Source of the DNA: Heptranchias perlo
Lineage: Eukaryota
DNA: 64,000 nucleotides
Direction: 5' to 3'
NCBI RefSeq assembly: GCF_035084215.1
Contig: NC_090365.1
Coordinates: 6,138,001-6,202,000, forward strand
Both the position numbers and the translations under genes were made by a program. The notes beneath the pieces were generated by a model. The model was not told the DNA's origin, did not search any database, and saw only the letters and a program-made list of their open reading frames with translations. Positions 22,170-34,859 of the stretch are shown piece after piece (position 1 is the stretch's first letter; every line of letters begins with the position of its first letter).

Positions 22170-23375
22170 TTGGCCCAATTGGTAACACGCTCACCTCAGC
22201 CAGAAGGTTGTGGGTTCAAGCCCCACTCCAGAGACTGGAGCACAAAAACCAGGCTGGCGTCAGTACTGAGGGAGTGCCGCACTGTCGGAGGGTCGGTACC
22301 GAGGGAGCGCCGCACTGTCGGAGGGTCGGCACCGAGGGAGCGCCGCACTGTCGGAGGGTCGGTACCGAGGGAGCGCCGCACTGTCGGAGGGTCGGTACCG
22401 AGGGAGCGCCGCACTGTCGGAGGGTCGGTACCGAGGGAGCGCCGCACTGTCGGAGGGTCGGTACCGAGGGAGCGCCGCACTGTCGGAGGGTCGGTACCGA
22501 GGGAGCGCCGCACTGTCGGAGGGTCGGAACCGAGGGAGCGCCGCACTGTCGGAGGGTCGGTACCGAGGGAGCGCCGCACTGTCGGAGGGTCGGTACCGAG
22601 GGAGCGCCGCACTGTCGGAGGGTCGGTACCGAGGGAGCGCCGCACTGTCGGAGGGTCGGTACTGGGGGAGCGCTGCACTGTCGGAGGGTCGGTACTGGGG
22701 GAGCGCCGCACTGTCGGAGGGTCGGTACTGGGGGAGCGCTGCACTGTCGGAGGGGCGGTACAGGGGGAGCGCCGCACTGTCGGAGGGTTGGTACTGGGGG
22801 AGCGCCGCACTGTCGGAGGGGCGGTACCGAGGGAGCGCCGCACTGTCGGAGGGGCGGTACCGGGGGAGCGCCGCACTGTCGGAGGGGCGGTACCGAGGGA
22901 GCGCCGCACTGTCGGAGGGTCGGTACCGAGGGAGCGCCGCACTGTCGGAGGGTCGGTACCGAGGGAGCGCCGCACTGTCGGAGGGTCGGTACCGGGGGAG
23001 CGCTGCACTGTCGGAGGGTCGGTACTGGGGGAGCGCCGCACTGTCGGAGGGTCGGTACTGGGGGAGCGCTGCACTGTCGGAGGGGCGGTACCGGGGGAGT
23101 GCCGCACTGTCGGAGGGTTGGTACTGGGGGAGCGCCGCACTGTCGGAGGGGCGGTACCGAGGGAGCGCCGCACTGTCGGAGGGGCGGTACCGAGGGAGCG
23201 CCGCACTGTCGGAGGGTCGGTACCGAGGGAGCGCCGCACTGTCGGAGGGTGCCAATCTTTGTATGAAACCTTAAACTGTTCAAGTGGACTTTTGAGATCC
23301 CACTATTGAAAGAAAAGCAGGGAGTTCTCCCAGTGTCCTGGCCAACAGTCCTCCCTCCACCAACATCAAAAACAG
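22170..23375 (+). mobile_element. SINE copy with an internal 27-bp minisatellite expansion (about 22262-23250, about 36 copies)
   Basis: SINE head (gggttcaagcccc) precedes, and SINE core (gagatcccacta..gtgtcctggccaac) follows, tandem ggtaccgagggagcgccgcactgtcggagggtc units. Confidence 0.92.
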
Positions 23376-24933
23376 TCTGAAATATGCAAATAAATTTACA
23401 GTTTAGAGTTTACAGAGAGCCATTTTAATCAGCAGACAAATCACTCAAACAACAGCCTTTCCAATCCTACAGTTTCCAACAGCGTTTATATACGACAGAC
23501 TCGCGGTCACCTGACCTGCCAGTGGACAGAAGTTGTGAGGAATCACTTCACGATCTTCACAAGGCGCCTCCCCTTCCCAACAGAAAAAGAAACAGGCCAC
23601 AGCCGTTACAAGTTGCATTTTTGCTGCCCTTCGCTCCTGCAGGCCCGGCCTGTCACCGGCAGACAGTCCCACGGGGAGCCTGAAACCCACCCAATTGGCC
23701 ATTTACAGCCTAGACAGTGATTGGCAGCAAGCTGTTTGACCAAATGTGGTACCACAACCGAGCCTGATCCCATCCTCACTCAACTCCCACACCTTCCAGC
23801 GATTGGGAGCAGGTGTCTTGAATGAATTTTGAGCCTCTCCTTATGCCAGAGGCACTGGGGTCACCATTGGTCTGCACAGACGGAGGGTCAGGTCTGAGAC
23901 TGTTGGGCCTGAGTGGCTCCATCCTGGGCTGTACTTCCTATGGAGCCAGCTCTTTAATTTTTCTTTAATAGCTATTTACAATTATTTGAACAGTTTGCTT
24001 AAGTAAAAACCAATAAACATTTTATGATGATATATCTGTCGATGGGGGCATCCCTTTATACTCTCATGGGTAGTGGTCTGAAATGCCTATGCTTCACAAA
24101 CACCTACTGCTAGCTGATCGCAGTCAGAGCAGTGGTGGGGATTACAACCCGTCTCGGTCTCCCTGGGTAGGGACAGGAACAAACAGAAGTAAAAACCAGC
24201 CAGGGTTCCCACTCCCAATCGTCGTGCAGCAGGCCCTGTGGAAGTGAGCTGGAAGGGATCGGGCTCAGCCGTGTGTGTTTGCGGGGTAGAAAGTGCGATG
24301 CTCGCCGCCTCACACACCAGTAACAGCCGCAGGCGAGGGATCGGAGAGCAGTAGCTGTACCCCAGTGAGGGAGTCACGGCCAATGTCAATGCATAAAAGA
24401 AAGTACCTTCTCCCCTTCTCAGCCCTGATATGTGAGGTATTTGTTTCTCTTGTTAGAACAGAAGAAATAGGAGCAGGAGTCGGCCAAATGGCCCCTCGAG
24501 CCTGCTCTGCATTTTCTTAACTTGCTTTTATTTCCTTTCTTTGCCTCTTCCACTGTATCTACAGATTGAATCAGTTTTCTGCCAATGGAGACAGTTCGTA
24601 CCCATACTGCTTAGCGAGAGTGAAACTGCTCTATAACCTGCATTGGTTACTGATGGACCTCCCCTCCCCCTGTGGCATTGCTCATGGATAGTCTCAGGTT
24701 GTGATGTTTGGTTGAGAACCCGGCCTTTAAGCTCCAAAATGGACAATCTAGATCCCGCAGCTACTCATAACCCACTGAGGTCAGTCAGACAGCAATTGTA
24801 ACCGCGTGTAAATTTCAGGCTGCAGGTCTCTGGGCTTTCTCTAGCTTTTATTTCAAAAGATTGTTTTACACCCGCAGCGAAGTGAGACGTCGCTGGAATA
24901 TGTTGGACACACGCCCGGCGCAAAACATTTTAT

Positions 24934-25055
24934 GGGGTAGAATTTCCGCTGGGGCTCCCCGCTCTCCGGCCGTGGTTACAGCAGAAACCCAACGGCCGAT
25001 CCTCCACCAAACTTAATCCGGGAGACGGAAAGAATCCCAGCGGAAATTCCAGACC
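24934..25055. mobile_element. Short MITE-like element
   Basis: Inverted gaatttccgctggg (24940-24953) / cccagcggaaattc (25036-25049) with G-rich termini. Confidence 0.5.
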
Positions 25056-26660
25056 TTTGTGTGTTTGTGCATCTAATAGAGGGGTCTCGCTCTCGCTAGG
25101 AATGATGGGAAAACTCGACCTCCATTACGATGAAATTTGACCGTCTCTCCAAGAGCACTGGACCATCAAAGAGCATCGAGGTGTCAGCCCCGAGAGGCCA
25201 GGACAATACTTTGCATTATTTACGTCTGGCTGCTCTCAGCTTTAGTTTGGAGGCTCTTTTTGTATCAAAGAATTACACAGGTGAAAAATGTGACTATACA
25301 TAAAACAGAGTAACGGGCACCGGGAGACCCAGGGCCTGTAATCTCATCAAAGCCTCATCAACCAGGCCAGTTATCCAGTGACTCGAGTGAATTCTCCCTG
25401 GGCCAGTGCCCGAGTAGGGTTTGTGCAGGTGCCCGCAGCCTTCTGGAACCTCATCCCAAGTGACCCATATCAGAACCTAGATAGTGTCAACAGGCTATTT
25501 GAACATGAGGGGCATCACGGCCAAGGTCAATCCTGCCCTCACCCACTTTGCAGCCGGGAAGGGGGTGGGGGAAGTCACTGGATAACAATCGGGATCAGGA
25601 ATTTTTTTTCTCCTTCCTTAGCCCTGGTCCAGTAAACCAACCTCTTTCTCCGACTGTGATCAACAAACTCAGGACAGGTCAGCAACTGACCTGGGACTTC
25701 CTGCTCCACGTATATCTCAGGACTGAAACAGGCGGTGTGTTTATCGGCCGAGTCACTGGGAGTTGCTCGATGAGATTACAGCCTTAAAATCACTCCATGG
25801 CTTCTGATTTAACAACATACACTGCAGCAATCATGGGGTAGTTTAAGGTCCTGTTCTGGTGCTCAGTGCAGTCCGATGGTCGATACATTTTGTGCCACAG
25901 ATGACACGGTAACCAATGGATGGTGATGTAATCGCTGGATACGGTGTCCAGGCAATTACCAGTAAATAACGTGGTCCATATTTACACCGAATCAGTGTAG
26001 GAACCAAACCTTTATCAAAGCAGCTTTCAGTACTGGTCCCCGCTGCGATTTGTATTTTCAGTCTTATTCCGTGCCCCGACTTTTCAAAGTGTATTACAGA
26101 TTGAGCTGAGGGGGTGGGGAGAAAGGGAGAGAGAGATCGATCCAGTAAATAGATGATTCGTGGGGTGGTGATGCAGTCGGTTAGACACTGGGCTCTCACC
26201 TGTGAGCCCCGGGTATTTAATCGAGTCCGCACGGATGAGGCAAGCATCTCCTTTCTCCACTGGCTGGGAGAGTCCTACATGAAATGAGTTGGGCAGTCTC
26301 CACTGGGCATTAATTGGCACCAAAGGTGGCAATGTCCTGCAGGATGGCTGGTGTCGGGAATGGGTAAAATGTCACATTGGTGCGGTAGGACATACTCGTG
26401 AGGTTCAGTGGGGGTTGAGGTGCATTGTCGGGGCAGTGTCGAGGGAGCTTTACATCGCACTTATCTGTGCTGTACCCTGCACAAAATTCGCACAAAGAAA
26501 AAATCCCAAGGAAAGATTGTTGGGTTAAAATTGTGGATTTTGCAATCCAGGATTCTTCAAATAAATAGTAAACAAAAAGAAGGTAGTTATTTAAAGTTGA
26601 ACTTCGGTCTCAGTGTTTCGAAGACGTCAATTTGCAGCAGCTTTCTGTTGTTAAACGGTT

Positions 26661-27971
26661 TCACCTGGTGTCCAGCCTGCGCACCCTGACCTTTTGCTTG
26701 TAATGATACTCCTTCAGATATTCCTTCAGGGTGTTGGGAATCGGGAGGAACTCAATGCCGTCGTAAGTGGTGCAGCTGGAGATGACGGCCCGACAGATGT
26801 GCTGGAGGCTGAAGGGGAAGGTCCTATTGATGGGGCTGGAGAGCAGGGGCTCAAAGAACATGCAGGAGTTGGGGTCCTTGTAGTGCTCGAGGAGACCGGT
26901 CACAGTGGAGGCGTGGAAGACGCTGGGATCGTGGACGTCGAAGCTGAAGTTGTGGTTCCACTGCTCGATGCGGGCGTGGAGGGAGCGGCTGTACCTACGG
27001 AAGCTGACCGAGAAGAGGTAGTCCTCCTGGGCCGAGTCCCGGAGCAGGAAAGCCCCCTCTGGCTTGCCTTCCAGCAGTGCTTCGGCCTGGTACCTGTCCA
27101 TGACCCCCCAGTAGCACGGGAACGTGGTCAGTTCCAGCAGGTCGGGCACCAGGCAGTGGATGTAGTCGATCTGGGTGTGGGCGCGGTAGCCATCTTTGAC
27201 CTCCACGTTCTCGGGGGGCTGTTGGGGAGCAGGGGTCTCTTCGACGGGCGCGCTCTCCTGCAGCTGGAGGGTGGCGCGATCGTCTCCCGCCAGCTCGTTC
27301 ATGCCCGGCGCCAGCTTGGGCCCCAGTTTGTACAGGGGGTTAATCTGCGCCGTCACCTCGAAGGTGTGAATCTGTGCGTGAGGCGGAGGCTCAACACCCT
27401 GCTCAATACTGATCCGCCTCCTCTCCCTCAGCCTGTCGTCCTCATCCTCGACCGGAGTCCCACTGGGAGTGACGGTGTCCGGGAATGGAGCGTTCTGGGA
27501 GACGGGGGCCGTGTGCTGCTTAATGAGGTACCATTTCTGGGCCAGGTCCGAGCCTGAGGGGAAGGGGCATTTATCAAGCATCAGTTCACTGATGTGGATC
27601 TTCCTTTTGGAGGAAGACAAGATGGCAGAGTGCAGACTGTGGGTTTTAATGGGGAAACACTGTCCCACTGCGTCCTGTATCCTCTGCCTCAGCGACCTGT
27701 TGGGCAATTTGCAATCTCCAAAGCTATGGGAATCCGTTTCCTGGGCCAGATCCGCGTCGTGTTTTCCAGGTTTGCCGCCCGAGGGAATCCGGGCCTTTCC
27801 TTGCGTTTGACCGGTTCCCGAGGCACCGTCGGAAAGTTCGGATTTATGGGAATTCCTGTTCTTCTTTTTGCTCCGGGTTTCCCTCCGTTCTTCAGGGTCT
27901 CCCCGCCTGACCTTTGGCCTCACGGACCGCTTCTCCTTCTCTGGCCGCTCGTTCTCTCCCGGTTGAGACAT
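26661..27971 (-). CDS. Suppressor of cytokine signalling, SOCS4/5 subfamily (socs9/socs5b-like), 436 aa, single coding exon
   Basis: SOCS4/5 N-terminal blocks [16 protein letters not shown] and [22 protein letters not shown]; SH2 [28 protein letters not shown]; SOCS box [10 protein letters not shown]. First in-frame ATG (AAACCATGT) at 27971; exon acceptor at 28205. Confidence 0.95.
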   Translation of the reverse strand: MSQPGENERPEKEKRSVRPKVRRGDPEERRETRSKKKNRNSHKSELSDGASGTGQTQGKARIPSGGKPGKHDADLAQETDSHSFGDCKLPNRSLRQRIQDAVGQCFPIKTHSLHSAILSSSKRKIHISELMLDKCPFPSGSDLAQKWYLIKQHTAPVSQNAPFPDTVTPSGTPVEDEDDRLRERRRISIEQGVEPPPHAQIHTFEVTAQINPLYKLGPKLAPGMNELAGDDRATLQLQESAPVEETPAPQQPPENVEVKDGYRAHTQIDYIHCLVPDLLELTTFPCYWGVMDRYQAEALLEGKPEGAFLLRDSAQEDYLFSVSFRRYSRSLHARIEQWNHNFSFDVHDPSVFHASTVTGLLEHYKDPNSCMFFEPLLSSPINRTFPFSLQHICRAVISSCTTYDGIEFLPIPNTLKEYLKEYHYKQKVRVRRLDTR

Positions 27972-28325
27972 GGTTTGCCAGTCTCGCTCCTCCAGTTCAC
28001 CGGCCACCCCGAGCTTTAAGACAAACGCCCGTCCAGCGATCGCTGACGGATCGAATCCTTTACCATCGGCCAATACTCGGTAGCGAGACGATCGATTTCA
28101 GCAGCCATCTCGCCTCGGACTCGACCCCCGCTTCCTCTCGCATTCTGAATCCCCCCGTTCCTCGGACCTGGAATCTCCAAGAACTCGACGGAAAATCTCA
28201 CTCACTGCAAATACAGAGAAAACACCGTCTCTAAATGAGTGAAACCTCCCCAATTCTGATCAGATTCCCCTCCTGAGCACGGGAATGGGGGGGCACGGGA
28301 CATGGGGCGCGGGATAGGGAGACGG

Positions 28326-28402
28326 CAGATACAGGGCGACACGAGATCGAGACAGGGCGACACGAGATCGAGACAGGGCGACACGAGATCGAGACAGGGC
28401 GA
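28326..28402. repeat. 21-bp tandem repeat, about 3.5 copies
   Basis: agacagggcgacacgagatcg repeated in SOCS intron 1. Confidence 0.9.
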
Positions 28403-29439
28403 CCATTTCCCAATCTACGACCCACGCCCGATATACGTGCCCAGTTTCGGGCAGGGGTCAGCGGAGAGCAAAGGGGGAAGCAGGAAAGCTGACTGATTAA
28501 CTCCCACAGCCCAGGGGCACTGAGCCGGATCGGAGGCCCCCCAACCCTCTGCCTCGCCAGCGAGCTCAGACTGGCAAACGGTCCTGGGACACCCCCCCCC
28601 CGAGGGGCTCCGGTACCCGCGGGTAAACCAACCAGTGGGACCCCCCCTCCCCCCCCATTACACATTTAACCAGACCCAAGCCACAAAATATAACAAACTT
28701 TCCGGGTGCATCTCACCCTGTCACAGGTCTCAAACACCCTGCGTGTTCAGAACGTTAAATCGCGAGGACGGGTTGCGCGGACCGGGCTCGTGTTCCCTCG
28801 AGAACGGAAGATCTAATCGAGGCGTTTAAGATGATTAAAGCGTAAACAGAGAGAAAATATTTCCTCTGGTGCGGTGCGGTGGGGGGTCTAGAACAAGGGG
28901 GCATAACCTTAAAATTAGAGCCGGGCCATTGATGTCAGGAAGCACTTCTTCGCACAAAGGGGAGTGGAAATCTGGAACTCTCTTCCCCGCCCCCCCCCAC
29001 CCAAAAAAAAAAAGCTGAGGCTGGGGGGGGGGGGGGGGTGGGGGTCAATTGGAGTTTTCAAAGCTGAGATGGATGGATTTATTTTTTTTTGTTGGGTGAA
29101 AGTTGGGGGATTAAAGGGGTTAGGGAACCAAGGCGGGGAGATGCAGACCAGCCATGATCTAACTGAGGGGACAGGAGAGGCTGGAGGGGCCGAACGGCCT
29201 CCTACGCGGGGGGGGGGGGGGGGGAGACACACGGAGGCCCGTCCAGGGTGCGAGCGAGGGGGGGGGGCTAGGATTTCACCGAGGGGCCGAACATCCCCCA
29301 CACACACGCACAGCCTCAAATTCCAGGCGCTGCCCCTCCCCGAGGAAGGAGGTGGTGTGGGGAGGGGAGGGGGGGATTGGATTTATTTATTGCGGGTTTT
29401 CTCTCCCTTTTATGGGGCACAAGCCTGGCCCTCACTCAC

Positions 29440-29700
29440 CCTCCTCATCCTGCTTCTCCCCGCGACGCTGCTCATCCCCACAGCTGATGTGCTGGGCCCT
29501 CCCCGCCCCGGGAGATGGCGAGGCCCCCGCCCCCGGAGGCAGGCAGGCGGGCAGGCAGGAGCCGCCTCGGTCAATCCCGCTCCCCCGCCACCGACAGAGC
29601 CCCCGGCCGGTCGGAGGAGCGAACATCAGCCGGCGACAAGGAAATCCCGGAGCGGAGTCAGCACCGAGATGGGAGCTTCGCTTCGGTTTTTATGTGCTTT
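29440..29700 (-). promoter_or_regulatory. Probable non-coding exon 1 and CpG-island promoter of the SOCS gene
   Basis: CpG-dense; donor GAGG|gtgagt at 29439; GC box ccccgccc. Confidence 0.6.
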
Positions 29701-29714
29701 TCTTTTCTGAGGGC

Positions 29715-31661
29715 GCCGGCTCTCGCCGGGGTACGGGTTCCACAGACACTGACTCTCACTGGGGTACGGGTTCCACACACACTGACTCTCACTGGGGTAC
29801 GGGTTCCTCAGACACTGACTCTCACTGGGGTACGGGTTCCACACACACTGACTCTCACTGGGGTACGGGTTCCACACACACTGACTCTCACTGGGGTACG
29901 GGTTCCTCAGACACTGACTCTCACTGGGGTACGGGTTCCACAGACACTGACTCTCACTGGGGTACGGGTTCCACACACACTGACTCTCACTGGGGTACGG
30001 GTTCCACAGACACTGACTCACACTGGGGTACGGGTTCCTCGGGCACCGACTCTCGCCGGGGTACGGGTTCCACAGACACTGACTCTCACTGGGGTACGGG
30101 TTCCACAGACACTGACTCTCACTGGGGTACGGGTTCCACAGACACTGACTCTCACTGGGGTACGGGTTCCTCGGGCACCAGCTCTCGCCGGGGTACGGGT
30201 TCCTCGGGCACCGGCTCTCGCCGGGGTACGGGTTCCTCGGGCACCGGCTCTCGCTGGGGTACGGGTTCCTCGGGCACCGACTCTCGCCGGGGTACGGGTT
30301 CCTCGGGCACCGACTCTCGCCGGGGTACGGGTTCCTCGGGCACCGGCTCTCGCTGGGGTACGGGTTCCTCGGGCACCGACTCTCGCCGGGGTACGGGTTC
30401 CCACAGACACTGACTCTCACTGGGGTACGGGTTCCTCGGGCACCGGCTCTCGCTGGGGTACGGGTTCCTCGGGCACCGACTCTCGCCGGGGTACGGGTTC
30501 CACAGACACTGACTCTCACTGGGGTACGGGTTCCTCGGGCACTGACTCTCACTGGGGTACGGGTTCCTCGGGCACTGACTCTCACTGGGGTACGGGTTCC
30601 ACAGACACTGACTCTCACCGGGGTACGGGTTCCTCGGGCACCGACTCTCGCTGGGGTACGGGTTCCTCGGGCACTGACTCTCACTGGGGTACGGGTTCCT
30701 CGGGCACTGACTCTCACTGGGGTACGGGTTCCTCGGGCACTGACTCTCACTGGGGTACGGGTTCCTCGGGCACCGACTCTCGCCGGGGTACGGGTTCCAC
30801 AGACACCGACTCTCGCCGGGGTACGGGTTCCCACAGACAATGACTCTCACTGGGGTACGGGTTCCCACAGACACTGACTCTCACTGGGGTACGGGTTCCA
30901 CAGACACTGACTCTCACTGGGGTACGGGTTCCACAGACACCGACTCTCGCCGGGGTACGGGTTCCACAGACACTGACTCTCGCCGGGGTACGGGTTCCAC
31001 AGACACTGACTCTCACTGGGGTACAGGTCCCACACTCACTGACTCTCACTGGGGTACGGGTTCCCACAGACACTGACTCTCGCTGGGGTACAGGTTCCAC
31101 AGACACTGACTCTCACTGGGGTACGGGTTCCACAGACACCGACTCTCACTGGGGTACGGGTTCCACAGACACTGACTCTCACTGGGGTACAGGTCCCACA
31201 CTCACTGACTCTCACTGGGGTACGGGTTCCCACAGACACTGACTCTCGCTGGGGTACAGGTTCCACAGACACTGACTCTCACTGGGGTACGGGTTCCACA
31301 GACACTGACTCTCGCCGGGGTACTGGTTCCACAGACACTGACTCTCACTGGGGTACGGGTTCCCACAGACAATGACTCTCGCTGGGGTACGGGTTCCTCA
31401 GACACCGACTCTCGCTGGGGGACGGGTTCCACAGACACTGACTCTCACTGGGGTACGGGTTCCACAGACACTGACTCTCACTGGGGTACGGGTCCCACAC
31501 ACACTGACTCTCACTGGGGTACGGGTTCCTCGGACACTGACTCTCACTGGGGTACGGGTTCCTCGGACACTGACTCTCACTGGGGTACGGGTTCCACAGA
31601 CACTGACTCTCACTGGGGTACGGGTTCCTCGGACACTGACTCTCACTGGGGTACGGGTTCC
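29715..31661. repeat. 33-bp minisatellite, about 58 copies, upstream of the SOCS promoter
   Basis: ggggtacgggttccacagacactgactctcact and variant ggggtacgggttcctcgggcaccgactctcgcc. Confidence 0.97.
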
Positions 31662-33045
31662 AAATTTAGCTTTCAAGACTGAGATCGATAGATTTTTGTG
31701 AGGCGAGGCTATCAAGGGATATGGAGCAAAAGCGGGGAAATCGAGTTGAGGTGCAGATCAGCCGTGATCTAATTGAATGGCGGAGCAGTCTCGAGGGGCT
31801 GAATGGCCCACTCCTGTTCCTGATGTTCCTAAATAGCCAACAATGTCCATGGATTCGGGAAAAGAGAAACAGAAGGTGGACCAATGGGTCTTTTCCTGTC
31901 TGCCATTTTCATATGTTCGTAAATACCGAATTCCACCGTTGGACAATGTGATGCTGAAAGAGACCAGTGCTCCAGTCAGACTGCACCTTGAACACTGAGT
32001 CCCGTTCTGGTCACAGACACACAAAGGCTGATCCCTGTATCAAAGGATTGAGTTACGAGGAAAGACAGGAGAAACTGGGGCATTTACAGCCTTGAAGGGA
32101 GGCATCTGGGAGGGGACCTTATGGTATACAAGAGATTCAGTGGTGTGGAGAAGATAAACCCGGGGCATTAATTCAGGGCCTGGATGGTGGAGCTCGAGCA
32201 GAACTGTCGCTAGGAACGTTCGAGAGTTTCAGGAAGAATTTCTTCACACAAAGAGCGATCAACACTTGGAATGTTGGGATGGAGCAGTGGAGGTGAAAAC
32301 CTTAGACGGAGTAAAGGGAGGGAGGAGGAGGAGTGAGGCCGAGTTGAATGGGCCTCCCCTTCCTGTCCGAGGGGCGAAAGCGGCCACTTTTCCACACCGC
32401 CACTACTGCTTCTGCCCCGGTCGCAGGGTTCACACGAGTCGGGGTTCATCTGCCAGCGGGGGGGGTTCGCTGGGCGTGTGGCACAAGACTGTACTGTGCC
32501 AGCCCGATACCTGCAACCCTTCCCAGCCCCCCACCCCCCACCATAGGAACAGGAGGAGGCCATTCAGCCCCTCTAGCCTGTTCCACCATTCAGTTAGATC
32601 ATGGCTGATCAATGGGGCAATATAGAATCATCGAGCACAGAAGGAGGCCATTCGGCCCATCTTGCCTGTGCCCTTTTGAAAGCTACTATTGAATCTGCTT
32701 CCACCACCCTTTCAGGCGGTGAATTCCAGATCATTACAACTCGCTGCGTAAAAAAAAATTCACCTCATCTCCCCTCTGGTTCTTTTGCCAATTACCTTAA
32801 ATCTGTGTCCTCTGGTTACCGACCCTCCTGCCAGTGGGAATAGTTTCTCCTTATTTACTCTAACAAAACCCTTCATGATTTTGAACACCTCTATTAAATC
32901 TCCCCTTAACCTTCTCTGTTCTAAGGAGAACAATCCAGCTTCTCTAGTCTCCCCACCTAACTGAAGTCCCTCGATGGTCCCTGGTGCCATCCTAGTAAAT
33001 CTCCTCTGCACCCTCTCCAAGGCCTTGACATCCTCCCCAAACACA
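31662..33045. mobile_element. Cluster of CR1-like LINE 3' fragments in both orientations
   Basis: FKTEIDRFL on +; [29 protein letters not shown] on - (32760-33044). Confidence 0.8.
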
Positions 33046-33544
33046 GGGAGGAGCTACACTTTTGCAGGGGGATCCTGGGGAGTGAAGCACGGTCGGAGAC
33101 CGGTGACTTCTATCCCACCTGGAGCTGCTGGAAGATAGACTCCCGCGATTCCCACTACTGTGAGGGAACGCTGGCCTCCCATCATTAGCGCTTAAATTGA
33201 GTTTCCATAACAGCTCGCGAGACCCTGGAACTCTGGCCTCTACTGCCCGTGGAGAAGGTCACAGGTCATAAATTACGCCAATAACAGCGAGAAATGCATT
33301 TCCAGCTGCTTCACGCTGCTTTGACAAGGCACCAGTGCCACAAGCCGTCTACGCTGGCAGCTTCCACACACCAAAGCCCACTGGCCAGACTCGCTGAGGG
33401 CATCGGTGACACTCAGACTGTTGCGATTCGTAATCCTGGTCTACCTTCTACTGTCTCCAAACCTGGGCATAAGAGCAGGGTTAGAGTGTAGGGGGCAGGA
33501 GCAACAGGGGGAGTAGAAGCAGAGACGTAGGGACATGTAATGTA

Positions 33545-33830
33545 GGGAAACGCAGCAGCTAATTCGCAAACAGCAATGTGATAATCTGTTTTAGTGGTGT
33601 TGGTTGAAGGATAAATATTGGCCTGGGCATCAGGGAGAACTCCCCTGCTCTTCTTTGAAATAACGCCGTGGGATCTTCTACGTCCACCTGAGAGGGCAGA
33701 CGGGGCCTCGGTTTAACTTCTCATCTGAAAGACGGCACCTCCGACACTGCAGCACTCCCTCAGTACTGCACTGGGACTGTTGGCCTCGCTTATAGGCTCA
33801 AGTATGTGGAGTGGGGCTCGAACCCACACT
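33545..33830 (-). mobile_element. SINE (same family as 5938)
   Basis: Reverse complement of the shared core, including box B. Confidence 0.8.
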
Positions 33831-34859
33831 GCACAGCTTCAAGAGGAGGGGAGATACTCGAATCTGAAGACACTCAGCATAACCTGCTAGCTGCTAACAC
33901 ACACTGACGTTTTGTAAGCAGAACCTATTATAATCCACAAAGCAACACGAGAAAATTTTTTTTATTTTTTTTATTTATCAGAAATTTGCACCATGAAACA
34001 GTTTTTAAATGGGCCGTGTCACATTAATGCGGAATAACAAAACATTCCGATAGGCTGTGTCTGTTGCCATGGCAACGGCAGAGTTTTGCTGATGCTGTAG
34101 CGCTGCAATCATCTGTTACCCGAGTCCGGAGGGAACGGCAGCTTCTGACCAATACGGTAAACAACTTGTCAAAGTGCAAACTGCTCACCAGTCCCTGCGG
34201 CCGTCAACCACTTCACGCAGAAACGCACAAGAGCTTCCAATACGACACATAAGAGGCTGGGCAGAAAATATCCGGGCAGCTCATTCAGCAGTTTGCTGCA
34301 GGGTGGTGAGAGTGTGGGGGAAGAGACAGAGTGGAGGGGACGGGGACAGTGTGGGGGTGGAGGAGGGGACCGTCTGGGGGTATGTGATCTTTTGCTTTTT
34401 CAAACCACCATCTGGAGCAGAGCCGAGCTCTCGAATCCTTCACCGGTGGAGTTAACCACAAGCAGGCCAACAGGTTGGGTAAGCACCAAACCATTGTCAT
34501 CTATTCAGACCATCTATTATTTTAACAAAAATCAGTAAACACATCATTCAGAGCCACAGAAAGGAAAGCCAGCGACCCCGCTCCTGATTGTTGTTTAAAA
34601 GGAGCTCGTGGACAGGGTCAGGCCGTCCAAAGTCAAGCATAAGAAATAAGATTAAGTGAACTCTCTCGCTCCAGGCTCACAATCGAGTTGGACGAGACCA
34701 GAGAGCTGACACCTTTGAACTGAAGCCTGACCAAACCAGGAATATTCCCACCCTGTCATCCAGCATTGCCAACCTAATATAGAACTGTGTATGACCTTCA
34801 ACATATGTACCTGCAAGTATTGCATTAGATGCAATCCAGCATGCTCAAATCTCTGGTAC

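Noticed and set aside
22080-23309. Long 330-410 aa ORFs on both strands
   Set aside because: Products of a stop-free 27-bp tandem unit inside a SINE; no splice or domain support.
26694-27557. 287-aa antisense ORF over SOCS (and similar antisense ORFs over the ZBED-like exon)
   Set aside because: Expected shadow of GC3-rich coding sequence; no recognisable domain.
27972-28073. 34-aa N-terminal extension of SOCS in the ORF track
   Set aside because: Begins at TTG; the first in-frame ATG in good context is at 27971.
29352-31715. Long repetitive ORFs and superficially CRISPR-like periodicity
   Set aside because: Head-to-tail 33-bp units without unique spacers, vertebrate context, no cas genes.
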